In this document: in pieces, positions 12,484-24,542 of the stretch
Position numbering within the stretch: position 1 is the first letter of the stretch
Layout: every line of letters starts with the position of its first letter
Source of the DNA: Chrysomallon squamiferum
Taxonomy: Eukaryota > Animalia > Mollusca
DNA length: 64,000 nt
Reading direction: 5' to 3'
Assembly: GCA_012295275.1 (NCBI GenBank)
Contig: CM022672.1
Span: 13,268,001-13,332,000 of the forward strand
Translations under genes and position numbers: made by a program
Notes under the pieces: generated by a model
Told to the model about the DNA's origin: nothing
Seen by the model: the letters and a program-made list of their open reading frames with translations, nothing else
The model's database searches: none

Positions 12484-15400
12484 GGCCCTGTTGGATTCAA
12501 CAGTTTCTTTCTTCAAGTGTCAGTAGTTGTTACTGCACTCTCCAAAAGCACAGAAGGGCGGGCTTTCAAGTGAAATGTCCGTCTGGAGGTTTTAGACATT
12601 CAGTACTGGGTGCTATGGTGATGAGTTTTAATTGCTAAATGATCTGTGAAAATAGCATTTGAAAAGAACATTGGTCAGAGTGAATTGTGTTTTAAGTCCA
12701 CACATCCCAGTGTGGTGTAGAGCATTCTACTAGGTTATGTGCAGCAGTAGGTCTTGTTTAGCCAGAGTGCAGAATGTGTGCAAGTTGAGGCCAGTTGCAC
12801 TGTGGTTTTTAAATAGTTGCATTTAGACAAACCTATGATGTTTTCATCATTGTTCACTTAGTGTTGTCCATCTTTGCTAATCATTTACTTGCATAATACA
12901 CATATAATAGTAATACTACATATATTTTTCTTTTTAAAAAAAAAATGTTTTTTAGAATATGTGTTGGTGCTTTTTTAAACTAAATTTTATTTAAAAAAAT
13001 AATAAAAATTCTTTCCTACTTAAACTCTTACTTGCAATCTGTGCTTGTACCCGCCTGGGTGAAGTTACATACATCTGTTGCTGTGGGGAATTTGCAAGAA
13101 ATCTTTGAAGTAGGATAAGTCATGCTGGCCTCCACTGCAACACTTTGCACTCATTGGCATTGGAATTTAAACATTTCCTACCATTTGACATAATGGCCTT
13201 AAATAAAGGCTATCTGGAGTTGATCTCCAAAAATAATAAATCTTTTTGTAATTCTAAAAATCAAGGGAAAAACATTTTGCAAATCATAGCATGCATAAAT
13301 TAACAAGTGTTTCCTAATTATGCTCTGTCGTGCTCATTTTATATTTTTTCCTCTTCATACATTATACACCTGCAGACGCATTTTTGTACGTGAAATCTTG
13401 CATATATTTAAGTATTGTACATCTGTTTATGGAAATGACCAATTTTGTACATAGAGCAGGTAGATCTCGTGTCACGATGTCATTACTGACATTTTATCAT
13501 CTAATAAAACAACAAAATCAAAATTCTAGTTTTGAGTTTTTATTATTCCTTTGTGTGACTGGTCTCAGTAGCGTAGCATTCTGCACTCTCCTTAGAAATG
13601 TTTTGTTATTTATTTTCTTTGATCTGGGAAGACTGTTCCAAATGTCTTATTTCAGCATGAAGAAATTGTGTTGTAGCCAAGATATTGGCCACTGAAGCCA
13701 AAAATCTAACAACTGATTTTTGGTTTAGTGGTGAAACAGGTTGAAAAAGAAATGCATAGGTATCTCTTTATACTATGCAGAAATATAAATAAAAGAGCAA
13801 TCGTCAAATTTATATATTGTTGAGACAATTGAAAAGTTGAGTGAAGACTGAACATTTTTTTGTTTCATTTTGAAAACTAATTAAATTACCGTAGTATTAC
13901 ATATAAACCAAACATTCAGTACTTTGTGAAATGCAGTTTTAAAACTGAATTTAGTTTTTTTTTTTAGTATGTAACTGCAACTCAATTTTTTAAAGTACGG
14001 TCAAATTAAGTGCCCTAAATTTCCAAAGATAGTTTGATAAATGATTGAACCATGAAAAGTGTTTTTAAAGTTACCATGGACCAGCTTGATACATTTTCCG
14101 CATTTTAGTTCAAATTGCATTAAAAAATATTAATTAAAAGAAGTGCTGAAAGTGATAGTTCTATATGTAGAAAGTTTTGGAGTTGGAGTTGTAGTTCAGT
14201 TTGCTTAAAAATGTACAGTTTTTTTTTTGATAAATGTTGTATGTCTTTAAGAACAAACAAAAATCAAAACTATCTCACCAATTTTTACATGTGGTCTTTA
14301 TAGTGAATAATGGCTATTGCCTTGAAATCTTCAATGCTTCAAGCAATGAAAGCATATTGACAAACATTGCTTTTTCACCAAATATTTGAATTCAACAAGA
14401 AATTTTGAACAGTCATTTGGGTGAAATAGTAACGTACTCAATTTAATTTTTGTTAACTTGATGGGTATTGATCATAAGTGCTTGAAGGCTTTGAAGTAAT
14501 CTTTAAATTTTGGTTAACAAGAACATTATTTTTTTTATTTGTTGAACAGAAATTGCAGCCAATTAATAATTCAAGGGCTAAATTTAATTTCAACATTAAA
14601 AGACTATTTGTATATAATATATATATATATATATGTACACACAAACACATGCCACACAACATACACAAACACACTGTATTAGAAAAATCTTCACAGTAAA
14701 TTAAGATGCTTATTGAAGTAACAATCATAAGTATTTATTAGTTAAGAGCTGATTTGATAATTTGTAGAGTTAGGTATGTACAGTGAATCTGAATAGTATC
14801 ATTCTCATCACTATAACCAACATTTCCCCCTCTGGTTTATATCTGACACCATGGGTCATGATTCTACAAGTCACTGAAGATTTATTTCACAACAAGATTG
14901 TTTTCAGCATCGTTTCCTGTCATAAATCAATATATCAGTTAATTTATGGAATGTAGTATTATTAATCTTTTGAAATCAAAGAAAACTGCAGCAATGTTAA
15001 ATAAAGTGAAAAAGGGAATGTTAAAGGCAAAAATAACAAAATCAGGAAAATCAGGAAAAATTACACACATGTAATAAACATTTATATATAGTTAATATAT
15101 TCATCAGTAAATAAAGGAATTGATTTATGTTAATGTTCAATGGTAATTTCTTGTATAGCTATGGAAATTGCAACTTCCCCCCAAAAAAAACATTGCTGCA
15201 TAATTAAATGGAACAATACTGAAGAAAACCTGTAATATATTAGACTGATCAAAATGGATAATCAAATGACTGAAAATAGAATTGAAGTGTCACCGAATGA
15301 TGATCGTTTTAAACTGTTGAGTTATTTCTGTTTAAGATGAAGAAATCTAACTTCTTGTTGCTATTTCTTTTTATCATTCCAGTTAAGTGTCAATTATAAT

Positions 15401-18400
15401 TCATCTTTTAAGTCATCGAAATTTGGAAATTTCCATCATAATACTATCTTCACCACTAACCAAAACCACTCACCCCTTTTTAAATTTGTCTAAAGATTCA
15501 TTAAAACTTGCATCTACTAGTAGTGTGTAATTCTGTTGCACAGTATATCACCATGTAATTGGATTTTTTCATATTATTTTAATGATTTTAAATATCCGGC
15601 AAAACAAAGTGCTAAAGCAGATAGTTCCAGATTTAATAAATATACAGATGCTGATTGATTTGCTCCTCTGTTTACATCATAGCAATAATTGTACTGGGTT
15701 AGAACAAAAGTTTGTATCAGTTTCAGATAGGTTGCATTTGAGAACATGATTTTGTTTCACAAATTACAAATATTAGATATGTACACAATCTGAAAGGTGA
15801 AGAAAATGGTGTATATGTGGTTGGGTAAATCTATGTCAAAATAACTAAAATATTGTCTTTGAATTTAATGTAAAATACACCGTGAACGTTTGTTCCGACC
15901 CATTATTAATGACAATGATAATAGTATAAAATCACTGTTCTGTTTTATCAGCTCTTGTATGAAACATTAACTTTAATTGGCATACAGTTATAAACCAAAT
16001 TTATTTAAAAAAAACTGCACCATGCAGTTACAATTCAGGACAGTATATCAACTTTGAAATGATTAAATAACATTTAATGGCATTGCAAATTTATGCTCTG
16101 TGATAGTCCATCAATTTGGTAGGAGTAAAAATCCTTTATTATTATTATTATTTTTTTAAACAATTGCTTTTTACATTGAAAATTACAAAGCTGCTAATGT
16201 ATTTTAAACATTTCTTCAGAGTAAACATTATAACGTACAATAGAGTAGTTGTGTTGATGTTAAATGATTATATTGTAAAACTAATGTCTGAGCTTTAATC
16301 TTTCAGAAAAAACACCTCAGAAGAAAGGTAAAGTTAGTCCACAAAAGGTGCCTCCTGCTGGTAGTCCTGGCCGATCACCACCAGTGAAGATCAACATGGG
16401 AGGTCCAATGCCAGTAGTAGTATCCTCACCACCTCAGACCTATTCTCAGCCAGTACCTCAACCATTCATAGTACCACCAGTGTCTGAACCAACTAGTCTT
16501 CCGACACCAGTTATTAAACCCAAACCAGCCTCCCCAGAAAGAGGTAAACATTTTATATCTAATTTTTATAGTAATTATTATTAGACATGAAAGAATTATT
16601 ATAATCTGACATCCTCATTTGTTTGTCTGTTTAAAAATGTAAAAATTTGAATCAGTTGAAGAAGAATGTTTATGATTTGTTACCTGTGAAAGCTCTTGAA
16701 GGCCTTGATTGCAGAAAACAGTCAGATGGAATATTCCAAAATACAACTTGACATTTATAAGGAAAACTTGAGATTATTTTGTTACCTATTTGCTAGCTTT
16801 GTTCTGTTTGGCTTGCTGCTTACAGTAATTCATTATTTTGTTAATCTTCAGTTATTCCTCCAGTACCTCCCAAACCTATAACCCACTCACACATGCCTCA
16901 GCAGCCAAGTAGACCAACTGCCATGGCAACAGCCAAGCCACAGATCAGGAATACTAGTAAGTATATTTAATAATAATTGTTGCACATCATCAAAAAAGAC
17001 ATGTGCTTTTAAACAAAAGGTATTTTAAAATTTGGAAGATAAGAATTTAGATTTTTAATTTAAAATTTGTTTTGAAAGAACACTTTATGGATGTGTAATT
17101 GTAAATTACCCATGTTTTTTTATTTTATTTTATTTTTTTTAATTTATTTTTTTGTAGTTCCAGTAGCACCAAATATTGCCACTTCCCGTCAGCCTTTGTC
17201 TCCCCCTGTGGAGGTAGTCTCTCCACCAAAAATTATTCAGGAGATAAAACGCCCATCACCAAGAATACAGCAGTCTCCTGAAGATTTGACGAAAGATCCA
17301 CTGCTGTTTTCCTTAACTGATGAAGACTCAAGCAGTCCAAAACCAAGCCCCAAGCAAGCACCACCAGCACCTCCAGGAGCAACTGTTTGTAAGTGTTCTA
17401 ATTAATTAGTAATTTCACTTCAGATACTGGTTTTGTCATGTTTAAAGAAGTAGTAATAATTCATAAATGTCTGATTTTGTATTTTTATTGTTATATTGAT
17501 TAAAAAATATATAAAAAATATTTAATAAAATTAAAAAATTAAATAAAATAAATAAAATAATAATTTAGTGGAAATTATGTTAAGTACTTTGATTTAGTAC
17601 ATCTTCAGATTAGAACGAGAAAATGTCAAGTTTAATCCTTGTGAAAATAAATAATAAAATATGGGTTGGATTATATTCATATACAGTACTGATTAATTTC
17701 AGCTGCTAGTGGTGTTGGTATAGCCTATGGTGTGGGATCTTCAGTTCAGCAGACATCACTTGAACGCAGAATGGAACCAAAGATTCCAGTGTCTCAGCCA
17801 CAGATAAAAAAGTCAAACATGGTTAGTATATATATTGTTTGATATGAATGTTAGAGAAAAAAATATTTTTCACAAATGTTTTCAGTATTTAGTTTTTATG
17901 CGTTTTTTGTCTTAAAAGTGGTAGGATTGTTTTTGTAAAATTCCCTTGAAAAAATAATTTTTTTTGTATTACATCAATTACTTGTATAAATACCAATTTG
18001 TTAAAGTTGAATAAAATGTGATAAAAACTTTATTTTTTATTATTATTATTATTTTTAGGATGTTAAATTAAAAAATACAGCTTCCTGGTCAAGTTTGGCA
18101 GCTGCAGCTCAGAACATGGGACCAGGCTCTAACAAAAAAGCTAGTGCCAAACAGAGTTTTGAGCAGTTTAAAAAACAGGCAAAAGAAAAGGAAGAGCGGG
18201 TAAGTGTTGGCACAGACAAACAACATGACCAGAAATGTTGTACGTGATTCTTTGAACGAAATAATTAGTATTTGATAGCAAAATTAAACACATTACCGAC
18301 ATTATTATTTATTTTTAGTACTTTTTTACAGTTACCTTTGGTTGCTAATATAGCTAATGGCTGATCTTTTTCTATTTTTGGTTACTTTTAGCTAATGGTT

Positions 18401-19107
18401 GATCTTTTCCTATTCTTGTTATTATCGTGGGTTTGTTACATATTTGATTTGATCTGTAATTATTACAAAATGGGATATTACAGGAAAGAACACTGCGTGA
18501 ACAAGAATTTATGAGGCGACAACAAAAAGAGAAAGCTGAGCGTGAACGACAGCGTTTGGAAAGGGAAAGACAACGTGAAAAAGAAGAAGAAGAAGCCTTG
18601 GAGTTGGCTCAACATTCCCAGTTGGCACAGCGAACCCAGTTACAACAGGAGGAGATGATACGACAGCAGGAACTGGAACATATTAATCGACAGAAAGAAA
18701 GGGAGAGGCAGAAGGAACAAGATCGACGGAGGCGGGAAGCTGTAAGATATAATTATTTTTAATAACTGTTGAATACATGTAATGTCTAGCTGTGTTAGGA
18801 AACAGTATGTAGCTTTACTTGGCTAGTATGAGGAAGATTTTGTATATATTTTGAACACGGGGTAAAAGGAGTTTTTCTGTCAGAAACATTAAATGTTGCT
18901 GACAGGTCTGTGGGGTATGACTTTATTTCACTCTTAAAACTGTACAGTTTGCTTTCATTAACCCTTTAAAACATAATATATATTACTTGAAATGTATTTA
19001 TAAATTTAAATTCAGTTTTGTTTGGGGTTTTTTGTTTGCAGATGGCCAACAAAATTGACATGAATGCTCAGAGTGAGTTAATGGCTTCTTTTGAGGAAAT
19101 GTTGTGA
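584..19107 (+). CDS. BRD4: BET-family bromodomain protein (BRD2/3/4/BRDT, fs(1)h pro-ortholog), long BRD4-L-like isoform, ~1292 aa
   Basis: Phase-consistent GT-AG exons: 584-696, 3455-3515, 4113-4292, 5037-5183, 5740-5808, 5948-6541, 6684-6869, 7788(or 7812)-7907, 8309-8410, 8767-8895, 9749-9952, 10494-10893, 11430-11600, 11765-11881, 12350-12478, 16307-16543, 16852-16956, 17158-17388, 17703-17821, 18059-18199, 18484-18741, 19042-19107. Motifs: BD1 ([54 protein letters not shown]), motif A (KRKADTTTP), BD2 ([24 protein letters not shown]), ET domain ([60 protein letters not shown]), SEED tract, C-terminal motif [26 protein letters not shown]. The first two exons and the start codon are less certain. 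Symbol is nominal for a single invertebrate BET gene. Confidence 0.95.
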
Positions 19108-22100
19108 GATGGAAACCAGAAAATGTGGCACACCAAGTTATTTTCATTCCATGGCACTGTATATGACATTGCTACTTCTCATCAACTCATCCCAACTAAA
19201 GTGTTCATTGAATGTGGTCTCTGGTATTGGAATGGGCCAGTTAGCTGTACTTCGTGAAACGACAGATAGTTTGCCTATTGAATACATTGATGTTAAAAAC
19301 TGAAGAGGAGAGGAGAGATGTCTTGGTGTTCGAACAGGAAAATGTATATATACATGTGACCAGAGTAGTGAGGTTTTCTGATGCCTTAGGTATAGGAACC
19401 TTGCATGATTTGTGTCAGTATTACATTGAACTAAGCTTAATAATTGACAGAAAAGGTGCAGTGTAAAAGAGTTACCAGTTGATATCATCTTTTTTTTTCT
19501 TTTTTCACTCAGCATGTTAATTTAAAAATGTGTCATCATTACTTCATTGGGCTCTTGTGTCTGTTCTATTTGCACAGTTAAAAATAATTTAATGTACACG
19601 AAAACAATCTACAGCTGATGTTCTTAAGGTATGCATTGAATACTAGACAAATCTGCATGTACTCCATGCAGTTAACTTAAATTTGTTGGGCCAAACTTAG
19701 TTTCAGAAGAAAAATGTTTCTTCTGTTGCAAAAACATCTGAATATATACTATGCAGCAAGCATTAGGCATGTACTTGTTTCTGCATCAAAATGAGGAATC
19801 TTTGTTCTTGTTATAAAGGAATAATATGCTCAATGGACAAATTGTTGCATGGCTTTGAAAACTATTTGATGTTGAACCTTTTTTTTTTTCTTATTTTATT
19901 TTATCTTTTTAAACAATATCTTCCCATTGTCTTTTTATTTGGGAAATTGTGTTTCAAGAAAATGTACATTTTAGCATTTGAAGTTTCAAATGAAAGGAAA
20001 ATAATTTTTTTTTTTTTTTTTTTTTTGTGGAAAATAAATCTGAAAAATTTATATGCCTTTTCCTAATCAGCAGATAACCATACATTTTGGTAGATTTTTA
20101 ATCTATTTTTGCTACTTTGTTTTTGTTAAGATTTGTGACAGATAGAAAGGGTTGTATGGATCATTGCTTTCAAAACATTGAAAAAATATTTTATAAAATA
20201 TATGTAATCTTGTACAGTTCTGATGAAAAACACATGCCAATAACATATAGTGTCACGGTCTTTTTTTTTTTTTTTTTTTTCCATTTCTTTATTATTATTT
20301 TTTTTATGTAGCTTTATTTCACATTTTGGAATAACTGAACACTGTCGTGTCATCACTTCTGTCTGTATTGTATATGTCTTGATTTATCAAGTTTTTTAAA
20401 TGTTTTTTTTATTTATTTTTTTATTACCAGTGAAATGATAAATTGATAATCACAATCATGGAGAGCTAGTTTGACTAAAATGAAATGATGATTTATGCCC
20501 ATCATATGAGATGAGTGCACAAATATGAAAAAGAATTTAGATGGCTAAAATTGTAGATAATAGATACTTTTTTCCATTTAGTGTATGTATTTTCCTGATG
20601 ATGCAGTACATATTCCAAATATTAGAGACAAACATACTGATGTAAATATATATAGTTTTTTAATTATTATTTTCAGTTTTAAGCTAATAATATTAGTAAT
20701 ACTTATCACATACACAGAATAAATGGTTGTGTGTCATGGTTCGAAGTGAAAAGCAATTTAAGTGTTAAATCTATACATTTTCATAATACACAACAAAAAC
20801 AGAAATGCTTGATTTTTGTTTAGTATTGATTTCAGAAGTAATAAATTATTTCTGAATGGAAGTCATTCAAAGTAGTAGTCATTTTTTCGTTCATAGAAAT
20901 CAGGAAAATGTAAAAATTGTAATATTGTTCTGTTAACTGCTAAATATTTAGTAGTTCATTTGTTGTTGAAATGTATTTTCTCTTTGTAGTTTTATAACAA
21001 AACCTAACCTTGTCATCTGTCAAGAATGTGTGTGGTGTACATATATATATGTCTATATATGGGTGTGTTTGCAGTGAAACGCCTGCTAATAAGATTTCAT
21101 ATACTTTCTACTGTTTATTTAATATTGATAATGACGTGGTTTGTTTAATTTTCATTTATACTCAAAATATTGAAAGGTCACTAAACATTAAACATTTTCA
21201 GAATCTGGTTACTGGGTATTCTAATCACTAATTTATTTTCATAAATTATTTCATTAATCCCACATCTTCAAGTACTGTATCTCATAGCCTGTTAAATCAA
21301 ATTTAGGAAGTTGTTTGTCTTAACAGTGCCTGCTGAAAGTATTTGAACACTTTGATTTAAAATTATGAAGTTAAAATTTATTTTTGAAATTAAAATTTCC
21401 AAATGTTATTGGGTAATGGTTGATGAATTTTAAAATTAGTTTATCAAAAAGCTTGCACAAGACATAAAATAGTGTTAAGTACAACTATAAAAGTCTAGAG
21501 AAAGGACATACATGTTTTGAAATGAATAACTTATTTTGTGCAGTAAATTTTACAACATAAAATGGTAATTTAAATTGACACTGAAACTTTGAAAACTGAG
21601 TTACAAAAACATGAATAATAAATATTGGCTTTTAGAATGTAACTATTAGAAATGAGTGGTCAATATACAGGATTATTATGCTGTCTCACTTTAGCCTTGT
21701 CGAAAAACTATTATACATGTAATACTCCTTACTGCTGTCATAATAGAATTAGTACAAGATATCCATCAATTGACTAGTATTTACATAATTCTGTAATTCT
21801 GAATACCTCCTTTGCAATCTTTTCTGCAGTCAACAGATCTTCTCCAATAAGACCAAAACCAGAATAACTAAACTAGCCATTGCTGCTTTTATATCAAATA
21901 TGTCTGATTATAATCATTGTAAAGTCCTGTAAAACTACCAAACTGTCCAGTTGCAAAAAGCAACATATAAAGTGCAATTGAAGATGTGTGAAGAAAAGGA
22001 TCATGCATATGGAGTTGATCTCGCTTAGTGATGCTGCAACTCATTTTTAAAAAACATTTAGTGAATATTTATTTTTTCAATACATCTGTATTATTTTTTG

Positions 22101-22400
22101 CCTCATTTCATTCAGTTTCATACTAATATATGACCGTGTCATATTTATTTATAAATGTTTGTGTAAATTTTGTCAGTAAAAAGTTTTAAGAAGGTAGGGA
22201 AAAAAATGTTCATGTATAATGTATGATTGTCTAAATGAATTTGTAGAAAATGTGAATTACATAATGGGGGAAAAAAAACTCTTAATTTAAATAACACTGT
22301 CTTCTGTCTTGCTTGTAAGATTGCTATTATCTGTATGCATGAATTTTATTATGGATGCTGCTTTGTACATTGCTGAAGCATCAGTTTCTTGGAATCTGAC

Positions 22401-22406
22401 AATAAA
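22401..22406 (+). terminator. Candidate distal polyadenylation signal of BET long isoform
   Basis: AATAAA followed by an A-run and then a U-rich tract, at the end of a ~3.3-kb UTR-like region and just before the convergent TADA1 3' region. Confidence 0.45.
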
Positions 22407-22994
22407 TTGTTAATATGTAAAAAAAAGTTTTATTTCTTTTATTTTGTATGATTACTATAAATACAATAACTTGGCTGAGAGAGATGACAAAATATTAAAA
22501 AAATTATGCTTCTTTCATATATTTTCAGATGTGTAAATCACATTGTACAAATTAAAAAGCAACAAAATGACTTAATTTCTGTTTACCTAAATAAATGATT
22601 TATAAATTAAACCAGTTCTAAATGTGTGAAAAACATTCATTTACAATTTGGTTCTCATTCAGGAATGTCTTCATTCTTCTGCTTGAGGTGTAACTGATCC
22701 TGCTCAAGGCTCTAAAAACTCTTCACTTTTTAAATGGTCTGTTCTGAAATGTGCTTACTAAATGCGTTAGTATTAACAGTAAACAATTTCATCAGACAAC
22801 AGTAGTTATCAACCTTTGACTTGTGTAGGTTTAGCATGTTTTGTTGCAAAAGCAAACATTTTCAGAATCCCACAACTTAAATTCTTTGCTATCTTGCTAG
22901 CTATTAAATATGGGGAATTAAAGCTTTCAAAGAAAGCATTCCCTGTCAAGAAAAGTTTTTTTTTTTTTTTTTTCATTTTAGAATGACTTATTAT

Positions 22995-24510
22995 TCATTT
23001 AAGTGAGGATTCAAAATTATTCAGATTTTGTTTAAGAAAAGCTTGTTGCTTGTGTATACTGCTCTGATCTAGTTCATCTCGACTTGGATGCCACAGCTTG
23101 TGAATTGCTCTTTCCACTGCTGGAGCATAAACAGCATGAGATGGAATGGATGACCGGTATAACTGAAATAAAAAATAATATATTAAAATATAAACAGTTA
23201 GCTATAGAAAGTGAAAACACATCATAGGAATGTCAGTGAGCATTCAACTCATCTCGGCAATAATTAAGTTATAATTAAAATAACAGTATAATGCTAAACT
23301 TGTCTTGTTATTATTCTTTTTTTCTTTTTCTTTTAAGTTATACATATTGGTGGAATATGTAAGAATGAAAAACAAACAAACAGACAAAAAGGATAACTAT
23401 ATAAAATTCTCACCAAAAGTGTTTCAAGTAAATCAAACAGAGTTATGTGACCACTGGTTTGAGGTGGCACTGTTACTGTAGCAACCTGGTGGGCTGCAGT
23501 ACCTTCTCCTATGTCTAAAGAGGGTTTTAAACTTGGTGTGTGTGAACCACCCAGAGAGATCATTGTAGCTTCACTGAAAAAATAAAAACTCTACTTTTTA
23601 ACATTTTTTTAATAGTTTTCAGTTTTGTTTGTTTTTTTGAATAAAAGAAAAAAGAAAGAATCTAAAGCCTTAATCAGTTAAATTGTATCAAAGAATATGC
23701 AACATATTAGAGTCTTTAAAAATGTCTCTAATCTGGTTTAGAATAAAATTTAATATCTGAATTAGATAAAATGTGCCAGGTTTAGTTCAGATCCCAATTT
23801 GGTGTAGATGCACCAAAGAAACAAAATAATTTTTTATACAATAATTAAAGAAACATTAACCAGAAGAGATTAAATCTGGATTAAATTTCAGGTAACAGAA
23901 TACTTGAGATTGAAACTGTAACCAAAAAAACCCCAACAAAAATAAAACAAAAGAAACTCGTAAAATTAAGTATCACATCTGCAATGCCTGGAACTGGAAG
24001 TGTTTTCAATTTCAGAAGAATGTATGGAAACATGATGTAAGTCTAAATATGAAATGAATTTATATTTCATATATAGTTTATACAGCTGGTTGGTTAGTGT
24101 ATTTATATAATACAACTACTGATACAGCTAACATTCCAAATAATAATGTTATTAAAAAGTAAGTAAAAAGTTTTACTACCTTTCTTGACAAGAATCATCC
24201 ACCATTGCTGCTTGTCTAAGATAAGGGTTCTTCACTTCTGATCCCATAGCAAATCTGAACTGATTTTCTCTTAGCTTGTAACCAACTTTTCTTGCCAGAA
24301 TCAGAGACATTAAATTCTTCAGCTGAATCTGAAATTAAAACAATTCTAAACATTTCATATTTTAGATATTTATAAGAATAACTTGATGATCAAAATTCTT
24401 TCCAAGAAAGACATAAGGTCTTGGTAAAATATGTGAGTTTGGGTAATTTCTTGAAAGATTCACTAAGAACTGTTGATTCTGCATGCCTTTCATAATCGTA
24501 ATTTCTAATG

Positions 24511-24542
<32 letters not shown>

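Noticed and set aside
18352-18421. ~30-bp tandem duplication in a BET intron (similar 26-bp duplicate at ~40827/40917)
   Set aside because: Ordinary local duplications with no sign of function.
19105-19257. 49 open codons after the BET long-isoform TGA (possible stop readthrough)
   Set aside because: TGA-G is not a favourable readthrough context, other frames and strands are also open here because of higher GC, and an extension would bury the terminal P-TEFb motif.
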